Part shown: in pieces, positions 42,149 through 54,045 of the stretch
Layout of the letters: each line of letters opens with the position of its first letter
How positions within the stretch are numbered: the stretch's first letter is position 1
Assembly: GCA_041855445.1 (NCBI GenBank)
Contig: JBHAEG010000067.1
Coordinates: forward strand, 283 to 64,282
Direction of reading: 5' to 3'
Origin: Moraxellaceae bacterium
Lineage (GTDB): Bacteria > Pseudomonadota > Gammaproteobacteria > Pseudomonadales > Moraxellaceae
Length of the DNA stretch: 64,000 nucleotides
Position numbers and translations under genes: made by a program
The notes under the pieces: generated by a model
The model's database searches: none
Seen by the model: the letters and a program-made list of their open reading frames with translations, nothing else
What the model was told of the DNA's origin: nothing

Positions 42149-42517
42149 ATGAATTGGTTAAGTGTTGCAAGTATTAACATGGCGATTGCGGTCATGTGTG
42201 GAGCGTTTGGGGCTCATGGTTTAAAAGCTCAATTATCCACAGAGCAAATGGCATGGTGGCAAACAGGTACACAATATTATTTTTATCAGGCGTTAGGTTT
42301 ATTTATTATTGCATTACTTATTCGTTTACGCATTGCCCCAAGTATTATCGCATGGTTGTTACAAGCTGGTATTCTTTTATTTACAGGGTCATTATATTTA
42401 ATGGCATTGGGTGCATCGCGAGGGTTAGGCATGGTAACACCAATCGGCGGAACCTTGATGATAATTGCGTGGCTGTGGTTGGCAGTGGTGGTGGCAAAAA
42501 ATTCGGCATGGGATTAA
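42149..42517 (+). CDS. DUF423 (YgdD/TMEM256-like) membrane protein
   Basis: GAFGAHGLK, LFTGSLYLMAL, TPIGG. Confidence 0.88.
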   Translation: MNWLSVASINMAIAVMCGAFGAHGLKAQLSTEQMAWWQTGTQYYFYQALGLFIIALLIRLRIAPSIIAWLLQAGILLFTGSLYLMALGASRGLGMVTPIGGTLMIIAWLWLAVVVAKNSAWD

Positions 42518-42608
42518 TGAAGATAACACTTGATTTTTACTCAATTATCCCAAAATTATAACCTATCAAATGCGTCAAAACATTGACCAAATCATACAAA
42601 TACATTAG

Positions 42609-43571
<963 letters not shown>

Positions 43572-43576
43572 ACGTT

Positions 43577-44332
43577 ATGTTTGATAAAGACATTCTTTGT
43601 CGTTATCAATTTCCCAACCCCATTGAGGCTGACCCTGATGGTGTTGGGTTAATAGCGGTAGGTGGCGACCTTGCAACAGATACATTACGTTATGCCTATA
43701 CTCACGGTATGTTTCCGTGGTTTAACGAAGATGAGCCAATAGCATGGTGGTCGCCTGACCCACGTTGTCTTATCTATCCTGAAACCTTTACCCCTAGCCA
43801 TTCACTAAAACGCCGTTTAAAAACTTGTGATTGGCAAGTTAGCATTAATCAAGATTTTAGCAATGTTATTCATGCCTGTGCCAGTATTCGCCAACAACAA
43901 GGCACTTGGATTAATTCAGCGATGATAGATGCCTATAATCAGTTACATCAACAAGGTGATGCCTATAGTGTTGAAATTTGGGCAAAAAATGATTTAATTG
44001 GTGGTTTATATGGGTTAAAGTTCGGACAGGCGTTTTTTGGTGAGTCAATGTTTCATCGACAAACAGATGCTTCAAAAGTTGCTTTTTACTGTTTAATGCA
44101 ATTATGTCGATTATCTGGATTTCGTTGGGTTGATTGTCAATTGCCAAATAATCATTTACTAAGTTTAGGGGCTACAACCATGCCCCGTCAGCAATTTTTA
44201 ACTGAATTATCTCAACAACTTAGCCAAAAAAGTTGCGACTGGCGACCTGTATTAAATCAGCGATTTCATGTACAAAATTTTACCAAAGCCATCAGTTATC
44301 AACCACACCAATTGACCATCTCCACCAATTAA
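43577..44332 (+). CDS. aat: Leucyl/phenylalanyl-tRNA--protein transferase
   Basis: GGDL, GMFPW, WWSPDPR, TWI, GGLYG, FFGESMF, DCQ. Confidence 0.93.
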   Translation: MFDKDILCRYQFPNPIEADPDGVGLIAVGGDLATDTLRYAYTHGMFPWFNEDEPIAWWSPDPRCLIYPETFTPSHSLKRRLKTCDWQVSINQDFSNVIHACASIRQQQGTWINSAMIDAYNQLHQQGDAYSVEIWAKNDLIGGLYGLKFGQAFFGESMFHRQTDASKVAFYCLMQLCRLSGFRWVDCQLPNNHLLSLGATTMPRQQFLTELSQQLSQKSCDWRPVLNQRFHVQNFTKAISYQPHQLTISTN

Positions 44333-44339
44333 ACCATCA

Positions 44340-44963
44340 TTATTTTTGATATATAAGACAAAAAATATCAGTCACTGTTTGGGCAATTTGTTGTTTTTCA
44401 ATAGAATTTGGTACAGTCATTTGACCCAATAATACTTGATGATAACGATAATCACAAATTAATGAAGCAATGAATGATAAAGCTTGTGGTTGTTGCTCGT
44501 TTGTTAATTGAATAAAGTTAAATTCAATCGCCTGTTGTAAAAAATTTTGCCATAATTGTTGCACTTTGGCGTGAGACTCTTGAAAAAATGGCTGTAATAA
44601 TGGATTTTTTTCTGAAGCTAGTTTTAGTAATAAATATTCTAACTTGATACTTTCTGGCAAATAGATGACATCTAACACACATAAACAACATTGATATAGC
44701 TCTTGGCGAAAGTTGCTATTTTCATGAAGTTGCCAACAATCAGCCTTGATAAATTCATCACATACTTGTTGAATAATATGGGTAAACAATGTTTCTTTAT
44801 CATGAAAGTGATTATAAATCGTAATTTTGGACACCTTTGCCCGTTTAGCGATTTTTTCCATTGAACAGTTGTCATAGCCCAATTCTAAAAATAACGTACG
44901 GGCTGAATAAATAATATCTTTTTGTTTTTCTAAGTCTTTTGGACGACCAACAGGGTTTTTCAT
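44340..44963 (-). CDS. TetR family regulator, MexL-like
   Basis: GRPKD...LFLELGY..SMEKIA..AKVSKITIYNHF.DKETLF; divergent from an RND operon. Confidence 0.88.
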   Translation of the reverse strand: MKNPVGRPKDLEKQKDIIYSARTLFLELGYDNCSMEKIAKRAKVSKITIYNHFHDKETLFTHIIQQVCDEFIKADCWQLHENSNFRQELYQCCLCVLDVIYLPESIKLEYLLLKLASEKNPLLQPFFQESHAKVQQLWQNFLQQAIEFNFIQLTNEQQPQALSFIASLICDYRYHQVLLGQMTVPNSIEKQQIAQTVTDIFCLIYQK

Positions 44964-44987
44964 AATAATTACTTCATAAAATAAAAT

Positions 44988-45004
44988 TACTGTACTAAAC
45001 AGTA
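44988..45004. promoter_or_regulatory. Candidate TetR operator
   Basis: Inverted repeat TACTGT-n5-ACAGTA in the tetR/RND divergent promoter region. Confidence 0.5.
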
Positions 45005-45084
45005 TAGAAATTGATAATAAAATCGGTTAAACTAAGACTTTCGATGAATATTCTAACAAATTTTACCCCTCTGTAGCGTGGATA

Positions 45085-46215
45085 GTGACTATGCTGACCA
45101 AATGGATTAACATTATTTTAATAATAATGCTAAGTGTATTCGTTGTTGCCTGTAAAAAAGACGTTGAAACCTTTGACCCACTACCATTAGTGATGGTAAC
45201 GCAACCAGTTAAAAACAGTGAGCAGTTTAAAAGTTATTCAGGTGAGGTGCAAGCTCGTCAGCAAATTGTATTAGCGTTTCGAGTGAGCGGACAGTTATTA
45301 TCTCGAGCTGTTGATGTTGGCGATAGGGTAAAAACTGGGCAAGTGTTAGCTAGCTTAGACCCTAAAGATAGTGAAATCCAGCTAAATAGCGCAATGGCAA
45401 ATTTACAACAGGCACAGTCAGCGGTTGAATTGGCAGAAATTCAGCTAAAACGTTATCAAGCGTTATTACCCGATAATGCAGTGAGTCAGGCGGAATTTGA
45501 TAACATTGAAAATCAATATAAAATTGCCGTTAGTAAACGTGAACAAGCCCAAGATAATGTCAATACTGTTAAAAATCAACTGCAATACAATCAATTGATT
45601 AGCGAAAAAAACGGCATTATCACCCAACGTAACGTTGATGTTGGACAAGTTATTTCAGCGGGTCAAACGGTTTATCAGTTGGCGGTTGATGGTGAACGAG
45701 ATGTGGTGATTGGCGTTGCAGAAAAAGACATTGAAAAAGTAAAAATTGGACAACCTGCCAGTGTCGTATTATGGTCAAATCCTGAACAAAAACTTACTGC
45801 AAAAGTACGAGAAATTGCCCCTGCAATGGATAGTTCACATACATATCAAGTGAAAGTTTCGGTAAATTCATCAACACCGTTACAGCTTGGGCAGACCGCT
45901 CGGGTATTTTTTCAGGAAAACACACAAGGACAATTTAATGTACCATTAACCGCAGTTTCTGAAGAAAATAAACAAACCTTTGTCTGGAAACTAAAGCCCG
46001 ACCAAACTTTGACAAAAATCCCTGTCAAAGTTGTTGAATATGGCAAAACCCAAGCCAGTTTAAGCTCTGGAGTGACAGTCAATGATTGGATAGTAATGGC
46101 TGGAGTGCATTTGGTGCGTGAACAACAAAAAGTCAATCCTGTTGATACCAATAATCGAGCAGTTATTTTGAAAAATGCTGAACAACCAAGTAAAACCAAT
46201 AAAACAGAGGAATAA
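45085..46215 (+). CDS. RND efflux periplasmic adaptor (MexJ-like), lipoprotein (alternative ATG at 45091)
   Basis: Lipobox VVAC, LAFRVSG, VDVGDRV..GQVLA, GQTARV. Confidence 0.9.
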   Translation: MTMLTKWINIILIIMLSVFVVACKKDVETFDPLPLVMVTQPVKNSEQFKSYSGEVQARQQIVLAFRVSGQLLSRAVDVGDRVKTGQVLASLDPKDSEIQLNSAMANLQQAQSAVELAEIQLKRYQALLPDNAVSQAEFDNIENQYKIAVSKREQAQDNVNTVKNQLQYNQLISEKNGIITQRNVDVGQVISAGQTVYQLAVDGERDVVIGVAEKDIEKVKIGQPASVVLWSNPEQKLTAKVREIAPAMDSSHTYQVKVSVNSSTPLQLGQTARVFFQENTQGQFNVPLTAVSEENKQTFVWKLKPDQTLTKIPVKVVEYGKTQASLSSGVTVNDWIVMAGVHLVREQQKVNPVDTNNRAVILKNAEQPSKTNKTEE

Positions 46216-46217
46216 TC

Positions 46218-49200
46218 ATGCGTTTTAATGTGTCAGAATGGGCATTGAAAAATAAAAGCCTTGTATTATTTTTTATGTTGTTGGTGAGTGTGGTCGGGGT
46301 GTTATCGTATAGCCGTTTGTCACAAAGTGAAGACCCACCATTTACATTTAAAGTGATGGTTATTCAAACCTATTGGGCAGGAGCAAGTGCAGAACAGGTT
46401 TCCAGACAAGTCACAGACCGCATTGAAAAAGAACTCATGAGTACAGGGCAATATGAAAGAATTATTGCCTATTCTCGTCCAAATGAATCAACAGTGACAT
46501 TCATTGCTGATGATACGATAAAATCGCATGAAATTCCTGATGTCTGGTATAACGTTCGTAAAAAAATTAATGACATTAAACACGAATTGCCACAAGGTGT
46601 ACAAGGTCCTTTTTTTAATGATGAATTTGGTGATACTTTTGGTAATATTTACGTTTTGACAGGGAAAGATTTTGATGATGCAACTTTAAAAGAGTATGCA
46701 GAACGTCTACAACAACAGTTACAACAAGTCAAAGATGTAGGAAAAGTTGAATTAATTGGTTTACAAGACCAAAAAATCTGGATTGATATTTCTAATACGA
46801 AAGCATCACAACTTGGCATTCCGCTCACTCAAATTCAACAAACCCTTGCCCAACAGACCAATTTAGCCAATGCAGGTTATTTTGAAACGGCAAGTGAACG
46901 TATTCAACTGCGTGTTTCTGGACAATTAACCAGCGTTGAAGAATTACGAAAAATGCCATTATTAGTTGCTGGAAAAACCATTCAATTGGGTGACGTGGCG
47001 GATATCTATCGAGGCTATAGCGAGCCTGCTCAGCCTAGAATGCGATTTATGGGAGAAAATGGTATTGGCATTGCGGTTTCCATGCAAAAAAACGGTGATA
47101 TCATTGCTTTAGGAGAAAATTTACAACAAGAATTTCAACGATTACAACATACATTACCATTAGGCATGACCTTAAGTAAAGTTTCTGACCAACCCATTGC
47201 CGTACAAAATAGTATTAACGAATTTATACAAGTATTAATCGAAGCAGTGGCAATTGTATTGTTGGTCAGCTTTTTTTCGCTTGGTTTTCGGACGGGATTA
47301 GTCGTTGCTGTATCTATTCCAATTGTGCTGGCAATGACCTTTGCAGGTATGTATTTTTTTGATGTGGGTCTGCATAAAATTTCTTTAGGTGCGTTGATTT
47401 TAGCATTAGGATTATTGGTAGATGATGCCATTATTGCTGTTGAAATGATGGTGATAAAAATGGAACAAGGCTATAGTCGGTTGAAGTCAGCGGGGTTTGC
47501 ATGGAATACGACCGCCTTTCCCATGCTAACAGGTACGTTGATTACGGCGGCAGGCTTTTTACCAATTGCTACCGCTAAATCTTCAACGGGTGAATACACA
47601 ATTTCTATTTTCCAAGTTGTGACAATTGCCTTATTAGTATCATGGGTAGCGGCGGTGTTATTTGTGCCATATTTAGGCGATAAGCTTTTGCCTGATTTTA
47701 ATAAAACTCAACATCAACCAAGCTGGCATCAAAAACTTTGGGCGAAAATCCGTAAAAAACCCATATCCACAACACATCATGACCCAAATCATGACCCGTA
47801 TCAAACAGCTTTTTATCAAAAATTTCGGGCAATCGTAACATGGTGTATTACATATCGAAAAACGGTATTGATGATTACTGTAGGGTTATTTATGGGAGCG
47901 ATTGCCTTATTTCCAAAAGTAGAACAACAATTTTTTCCACCATCAAATCGTCCTGAAATTTTAATCGATTTAAAATTACATGAAGGGGCATCATTGACAG
48001 CGACTGAACAAGTGGTGAAAAAAGTTGAAAAATTTTTATCAGAACAAAAAGGTATTGAAAATTATGTGGCTTATGTTGGCACAGGCTCTCCACGTTTTTA
48101 TTTACCGCTTGACCAACAGTTACCGCAGGCAAGTTTTGCCCAATTCGTTGTTTTAACTTCATCATTAGAAGAGCGTAACGCCGTTCGCCAAGTATTAGAA
48201 CAAAATATTCGTCAATTATTACCCGAAGTAAGAAGCCGAATTTCATTATTAGAGAACGGTCCACCTGTTGGCTATCCGTTACAATATCGGGTTGTGGGTG
48301 AAGATTTAACATTAGTTCGACAATATGCTCAACAGCTTGCAAAGATAATAGATGATAATCCTAATAGTAAAAATGTGCATTTGGATTGGGGTGAGCCAAG
48401 TAAAGTCATTCGACTGGAAATTGACCAAGACCGAGCCAGAACACTGGGTATTACCAGTGTTGATTTATCAAACTTTTTATATAATTCGGTCAATGGTACG
48501 ATTTTAAATCAATATCAAGAAAAAAAGGAATTAATCGATATTCGTTTGCGAGGAACAGTTGATGAACGGGTCAATGTTGAGTCATTGAGTAGTTTAAGTG
48601 TACCAACCAGTAACGGTGGCTTTGTGCCTTTATCACAAATTGCTAATATTAGTTATGCGTTTGAAGAGGGTATTATTTGGCATCGTAACCGTTTAACGAC
48701 AATTACCGTGCGAGCGGATATTAATGGTCAATTACAGCCTGCCACTGTGATAAATCAGTTAAAAGATACTATTGATAAATTACAAAATACGCTACCAAAT
48801 GGCTATCGTATTGAAGTGGGTGGCACAGTGGAAGAATCAGCCAAAGGGCAAGCCTCTATTAATGCAGGAATGCCGTTATTTTTGGCAGTGGTATTTACTT
48901 TATTGATGTTGCAATTACGCAGTATGAGCCGTGCAATCATGGTATTTTTGACAGCACCTTTAGGGTTGATTGGCGTTGTCGTGTTTTTAATTTTGTTAAA
49001 TAAACCAATGGGTTTTGTGGCGATGTTAGGAACGATTGCGTTATCGGGAATGATTATGCGTAATTCATTGATTTTAATTGACCAAATTGAACAAGACATT
49101 GCATCAGGTTTACCTGCTTGGCAATCAGTGATTGAAGCGACAGTTCGGCGTTTTCGCCCAATTATACTGACAGCATTGGCGGCAGTGTTGGCAATGATAC

Positions 49201-49331
49201 CATTATCTCGCAGTGTGTTTTTTGGTCCAATGGCGGTAGCGATTATGGGTGGATTGATTGTTGCGACTTTTTTAACCTTATTTTTTCTACCCGCCTTATA
49301 CGCGACATGGTTTAGGGTGAAAAAAGCGTAA
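46218..49331 (+). CDS. RND efflux permease (MexK-like)
   Basis: FNVSEWAL, SEDPPFTFK, GLLVDDAII, MRNSLILID, RFRPIILT; 1037 aa. Confidence 0.93.
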   Translation: MRFNVSEWALKNKSLVLFFMLLVSVVGVLSYSRLSQSEDPPFTFKVMVIQTYWAGASAEQVSRQVTDRIEKELMSTGQYERIIAYSRPNESTVTFIADDTIKSHEIPDVWYNVRKKINDIKHELPQGVQGPFFNDEFGDTFGNIYVLTGKDFDDATLKEYAERLQQQLQQVKDVGKVELIGLQDQKIWIDISNTKASQLGIPLTQIQQTLAQQTNLANAGYFETASERIQLRVSGQLTSVEELRKMPLLVAGKTIQLGDVADIYRGYSEPAQPRMRFMGENGIGIAVSMQKNGDIIALGENLQQEFQRLQHTLPLGMTLSKVSDQPIAVQNSINEFIQVLIEAVAIVLLVSFFSLGFRTGLVVAVSIPIVLAMTFAGMYFFDVGLHKISLGALILALGLLVDDAIIAVEMMVIKMEQGYSRLKSAGFAWNTTAFPMLTGTLITAAGFLPIATAKSSTGEYTISIFQVVTIALLVSWVAAVLFVPYLGDKLLPDFNKTQHQPSWHQKLWAKIRKKPISTTHHDPNHDPYQTAFYQKFRAIVTWCITYRKTVLMITVGLFMGAIALFPKVEQQFFPPSNRPEILIDLKLHEGASLTATEQVVKKVEKFLSEQKGIENYVAYVGTGSPRFYLPLDQQLPQASFAQFVVLTSSLEERNAVRQVLEQNIRQLLPEVRSRISLLENGPPVGYPLQYRVVGEDLTLVRQYAQQLAKIIDDNPNSKNVHLDWGEPSKVIRLEIDQDRARTLGITSVDLSNFLYNSVNGTILNQYQEKKELIDIRLRGTVDERVNVESLSSLSVPTSNGGFVPLSQIANISYAFEEGIIWHRNRLTTITVRADINGQLQPATVINQLKDTIDKLQNTLPNGYRIEVGGTVEESAKGQASINAGMPLFLAVVFTLLMLQLRSMSRAIMVFLTAPLGLIGVVVFLILLNKPMGFVAMLGTIALSGMIMRNSLILIDQIEQDIASGLPAWQSVIEATVRRFRPIILTALAAVLAMIPLSRSVFFGPMAVAIMGGLIVATFLTLFFLPALYATWFRVKKA

Positions 49332-49378
49332 AAAAAGTTTATGATAGTGATATTTAATTTTAGTTTCAGTCGTTAGTT

Positions 49379-49888
49379 ATGCTAAATTTTACTAAACAAT
49401 CTTATCATATTAACTATCTAAAAAAAACATCATGTCCAAAAAAACTGCGGTATTGGCTAACACTGGAAGGCTCGCTCACTGCCAAATTAGAATTATTATC
49501 AGGGCAAAAACTGATTGTAAAACCGCAATTTGAAGGGCGAGTGTTATTAAGTTTGGCAGAAAAAAAACAACTTGGCATTTACCCACATCGACAACAGTCG
49601 GCATGGGTGCGTGAAGCGACTTTATATGGTCATGAAAAAACACAGGCGTGGGTATTGGCTCGCAGTGTGTTTCCTTTTTGTAGCTTAACAGGTAGTGGAA
49701 GAAAGCTGACTAATTTAGGAAAAACGCCGATTGGTTATGTCATTTTTGGACGAAATAAAGCAGTTTTAAAAAAACGTTGGTTAGAAAAAACGCCGATTGG
49801 CTGGCAACGAACCAGTTTGTACTTATGGCAAGGCAAGCCAATGTTAGTTAGTGAAGTTTTTTTGCCAGCGTTTGAAGAATTTATATGA
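49379..49888 (+). CDS. ubiC: Chorismate pyruvate-lyase
   Basis: WL..EGSLT..L, WVREATL.G, LARSV, PIG, LVSEVFLP. Confidence 0.85.
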   Translation: MLNFTKQSYHINYLKKTSCPKKLRYWLTLEGSLTAKLELLSGQKLIVKPQFEGRVLLSLAEKKQLGIYPHRQQSAWVREATLYGHEKTQAWVLARSVFPFCSLTGSGRKLTNLGKTPIGYVIFGRNKAVLKKRWLEKTPIGWQRTSLYLWQGKPMLVSEVFLPAFEEFI

Positions 49889-49889
49889 A

Positions 49890-50510
49890 TTATTTTTTTA
49901 ATTTTTCTAAAATTCGACTGCCAATAAACCAAATGCCAAATAATAACACAATGGCAACCACACCTTTACTGATGGGCGAGATAAATTGTTCAACTTTATC
50001 ATAATTTGCCCCAAGGATATAGCCTGCATATGCTAGTAATGACGACCAAATCGCCGAACCTAAAGTGGTTAATAATAAAAATGGTAATAATGGCATTCGG
50101 TTCATACCTGCAGGGATAGAAATTAACGAACGAATAGCGGGTATCATTCGCCCAAAGAAAATCACTGCTTTGCCATATTTATTGAACCAAGCATTTGCTT
50201 TTAATACATCGTCAGGTTTTACTAAAACAAATTTGCCATATTTTTCAGTGAGTTTTAATAAGCGAGGCTCATCAAATATCGTTCCCAAATAATATAGCGG
50301 TAACGCCCCTAATACTGACCCCAATGTGCCTGCCAAAATTACCCCAATTAATGTCATTTGTCCCTGTGAAGCGGCAAATCCACCCGCAGGCATGATAAGT
50401 TCGGACGGAATAGGTGGAAATACATTTTCTAAAAACATAAATACGACAACGCCTGTGTAACCAAGCTTTGCCATAATCGCTAAAATCCACGCACTGATAT
50501 TACTTAACAC
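49890..50510 (-). CDS. DedA family protein
   Basis: ENVFPPIPSE, GRMIPAIRSLISIPAG. Confidence 0.92.
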   Translation of the reverse strand: MLSNISAWILAIMAKLGYTGVVVFMFLENVFPPIPSELIMPAGGFAASQGQMTLIGVILAGTLGSVLGALPLYYLGTIFDEPRLLKLTEKYGKFVLVKPDDVLKANAWFNKYGKAVIFFGRMIPAIRSLISIPAGMNRMPLLPFLLLTTLGSAIWSSLLAYAGYILGANYDKVEQFISPISKGVVAIVLLFGIWFIGSRILEKLKK

Positions 50511-50817
50511 TATATTTGCCTTGTTATGATTTCAAAGTGCGAATTATAGCAAACCTTATGTAAATGAACAGCTATATAGAGTTAATTAATAGTTAAAATA
50601 AGGTAATAATTTTTGCTTAAAATTGAATATTTTTTAATCAAGTATTAGCAAAATATTTTTTAATGTTTTATCTAAATGGCTATATTGAACTGAGTTGAGG
50701 GCATTTTAAACAATAATATTAGAATTCCGAGTGATATAGTCAGAATTATTTATTTTTTATGAATTTTTGATTATAATAATAAAATTTAGCAATAAATTAT
50801 CAAATAAAGGTCAAGCT

Positions 50818-52260
50818 ATGAGCCAAACCACGCAATCGCCTATCCATCAACCTGAATTACTTTGTCCTGCAGGAACTTTTAAAAATATGCAGTATGCGTT
50901 CGCTTATGGGGCAGATGCGGTATATGCAGGGCAGGCACGTTACAGTTTGCGAGTGCGTAATAATGACTTTGATGAAGAAAATCTAAAAAAAGGCATAGAT
51001 TACGCCCATAGTCTTGGTAAAAAATTTTATGTGGTCGTGAATATTCAAGCTCACAATGCCAAACTAAAAACCTTTATTGAAGATATTCGCCCCATTATTG
51101 AGATGAAGCCTGATGCACTGATTATGTCGGACGCAGGTATGATTATGATGGTGCGTGAAGCGTTTCCTCATCAAGCCATTCATCTATCTGTACAAGCCAA
51201 TGCGGTAAACTGGGCAACGGTGAAATTTTGGCAACAAATGGGCATTACTCGGGTGATTGTTTCTCGTGAATTATCCCTCAAAGAAATTGAGCAAATCATT
51301 AAAGAAGTGCCAAATATGGAAATTGAAGTATTTGTGCATGGGGCGTTATGTATGGCGTACTCAGGGCGTTGTTTATTATCAGGCTATATTAATAAACGTG
51401 ATGCCAATCAAGGTACTTGTACCAATGCGTGCCGTTGGTCATACAATACTTACAAAGCCACTGAAAATGAAACAGGTGATATTGTTCCTGTGACATCGCA
51501 AGATAATGCTCAAGTGTTTATCCCAAATCAAGCCATGAATGCCAATGCTATTGGTAGTGTTAATTTAAATGGTGACAGAGTGATGGGTGATGACTATGTA
51601 GAACAGCCAAGTGATGAGGTGGTGTTGATTGAAGAACAAGGGCGTAAAGGCGAATTAATGGCGATGTTTGAGGACGAACATGGTACCTATATCATGAATT
51701 CCAAAGATTTACGAGCGGTTGAACTTGTGCCTGATTTGGTGAATATGGGGGTACATTCATTAAAAATCGAAGGTCGTACCAAGTCACATTATTATGTGGC
51801 TCGTACTGCCCAAGTGTATCGTAAAGCCATTGATGATGCAGTGGCAGGCAAGCCGTTTGATACCAGTCTAATCAGTGCCTTAGATGGTCTTGCCAATCGT
51901 GGTTATACTGAAGGATTTTTACGCCGTCATGTGCATTCTGATTATCAAAATTATGAGTATGGCTCATCAAAAACTGACCATCAACAATTTGTTGCGGAAG
52001 TATCAGAAATTAATGACGAGCGTCTGACTTTAACAGTTAAAAATAAATTGATGGTTGGTGATATTATTGAAATTATGACCCCAGAAGGTAACATTAGTTA
52101 TCAATTAAATGAGATGTGGGATAAAAAAGGCAATGTGATTGATGGGGCGTTGGGTTCTGGTTGGATTTGTCAAATTGCTAATCCATTTAAAGATATGTCG
52201 GTTGATATACTAAAATTTGCATTGGTCATGAAAAATGTTGATGAGCCGATTTATACTTGA
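50818..52260 (+). CDS. trhP: Peptidase U32 family prephenate-dependent tRNA hydroxylase TrhP (YegQ)
   Basis: PELLCPAG, GADAVYAGQ, FVHGALCMAYSGRCLLS, NQGTCTNACRW, IMNSKDL, LKIEGRTKS, RGYTEGF. Confidence 0.9.
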   Translation: MSQTTQSPIHQPELLCPAGTFKNMQYAFAYGADAVYAGQARYSLRVRNNDFDEENLKKGIDYAHSLGKKFYVVVNIQAHNAKLKTFIEDIRPIIEMKPDALIMSDAGMIMMVREAFPHQAIHLSVQANAVNWATVKFWQQMGITRVIVSRELSLKEIEQIIKEVPNMEIEVFVHGALCMAYSGRCLLSGYINKRDANQGTCTNACRWSYNTYKATENETGDIVPVTSQDNAQVFIPNQAMNANAIGSVNLNGDRVMGDDYVEQPSDEVVLIEEQGRKGELMAMFEDEHGTYIMNSKDLRAVELVPDLVNMGVHSLKIEGRTKSHYYVARTAQVYRKAIDDAVAGKPFDTSLISALDGLANRGYTEGFLRRHVHSDYQNYEYGSSKTDHQQFVAEVSEINDERLTLTVKNKLMVGDIIEIMTPEGNISYQLNEMWDKKGNVIDGALGSGWICQIANPFKDMSVDILKFALVMKNVDEPIYT

Positions 52261-52276
52261 TATAAGGAGAGAAGTA

Positions 52277-53455
52277 ATGAATTTGATATTCTTGCCTAAT
52301 GCAACTGAATTGGAAAAAGAAATCTGTCAAAAATACTGGGAGTTGGATAAAGAGAATAATTTTATCCATGCCACAAAATCTTTATGCCAAGAGTATCAAA
52401 TTAATAATATTCAATTGTCCAAAATCTTAGAAGGTTGTTGCTTGGCTCATTCGGATAGTATTCAATGCCCAAAATGCCTTTCTCCTTATGTTTTTGAAAA
52501 CAAAACAGATTTTAAAAACACCAAAAATACCAGTAGTATTACTTGTCGTGCTTGCATTCAAGAAGAAATGCAGGCACGACAGCAAGAAAAGCATCACCTG
52601 GAGCTAAGAAGATACCAGTATCTTTGTAATAATGCAGATGATTTTTTGAGCAGAGAATTAAGTTATGATAATTTAACATTCTTAGACAAGTTGTATTTAT
52701 TATCAATTATTAAAATGTGCATTAGTGAAGACTTATCATATTTAGATTCAGTGGTATCAAGGCTTAATCAAAAATTAACATCAAGTCAAGATTTTGATGC
52801 AGAGCTTTTAAAGTATTTATATTATAATGACTTGATACAAATCAGCCCAGACAGTACAAAAGAATCTATCAATTGGAAAGAGAACCAGGTTGATAGATTT
52901 AGTTTTTATTTAAAAAGAGTAATGTGGATTATCCCAAAATTTAATGGGCTACATACAAATGAGCTTATAGAAAAATTAGAAACAGACATTAAAAATTCAA
53001 CAAATGATACAAAAAATTATCAAGCATTGTGTGATGTTTTCAAAAGGTCAGCATTGGAGGAGTGCTTATCTTATTTAAATTATAAAGTCAATGAGTACAA
53101 TCTTGATTTTTCAGCAGGCGATAAAACAAGGTATGTTTTTAATAAAATCTTAAACGATTATTCTGTCAGTCAAGTTTATTATTTTATTGACAAAGGGTGT
53201 CGTGATGCTGTTGCAAATTACTCAAAAGGTACATACAGCAAGAAACATGCATCCAATACAATAGTTGGCTCAATTGAAAGATTGGCAGAAAGAGCAATGC
53301 TAGAAAATTGGCAAATAAAATCTTGGAACAGAATAAAAGAACTGCCACAATCCTATTTGAGTGTCGTTATTTTTGATTTAATATTAAATAAGAAAGATGG
53401 TAGTTTTTATTATTCATTAAATGAATTAATAATAAACCACTTACACACCCAGTAA
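52277..53455 (+). CDS. Hypothetical protein, 392 aa, CxxC..CxxC Zn-binding candidate, foreign-looking
   Basis: Long ORF with AAGGAG SD; CPKC and CRAC; AGA/ATA codons unlike the flanking genes. Confidence 0.75.
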   Translation: MNLIFLPNATELEKEICQKYWELDKENNFIHATKSLCQEYQINNIQLSKILEGCCLAHSDSIQCPKCLSPYVFENKTDFKNTKNTSSITCRACIQEEMQARQQEKHHLELRRYQYLCNNADDFLSRELSYDNLTFLDKLYLLSIIKMCISEDLSYLDSVVSRLNQKLTSSQDFDAELLKYLYYNDLIQISPDSTKESINWKENQVDRFSFYLKRVMWIIPKFNGLHTNELIEKLETDIKNSTNDTKNYQALCDVFKRSALEECLSYLNYKVNEYNLDFSAGDKTRYVFNKILNDYSVSQVYYFIDKGCRDAVANYSKGTYSKKHASNTIVGSIERLAERAMLENWQIKSWNRIKELPQSYLSVVIFDLILNKKDGSFYYSLNELIINHLHTQ

Positions 53456-53692
53456 ATACCCAATCTAAAACATTTAACAATTATCAATCCACTGTAAAGT
53501 GATTAAAAGAATACAAAAGTTTTGATGAATATGATATTTTTTTATTCAAAACGCAAAAAAACCAATCGCCTAAAACGCCAAACATGCTATTTTTATAAAT
53601 GCTGGCTATTTGGCTGTGAAAATTGTAATAATCTGACCAATGATGACAATGAATGGATCAATGCATAACTTGGACAAATGAAAAGACGCTAA

Positions 53693-53956
<264 letters not shown>

Positions 53957-54045
53957 ATAAAACTAATAACGATTACTAACTGACGATTTCTTGAAAATTT
54001 GTTACAATGCGGTACTGTTCAATTGACAATACATAAGGACTTTCA

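Noticed and set aside
50818-52260. U32 protein as UbiU/UbiV because ubiC is nearby
   Set aside because: Length, YegQ-type motifs, C-terminal domain and nearby yfhL fit TrhP; there is no second U32 partner or ubiT
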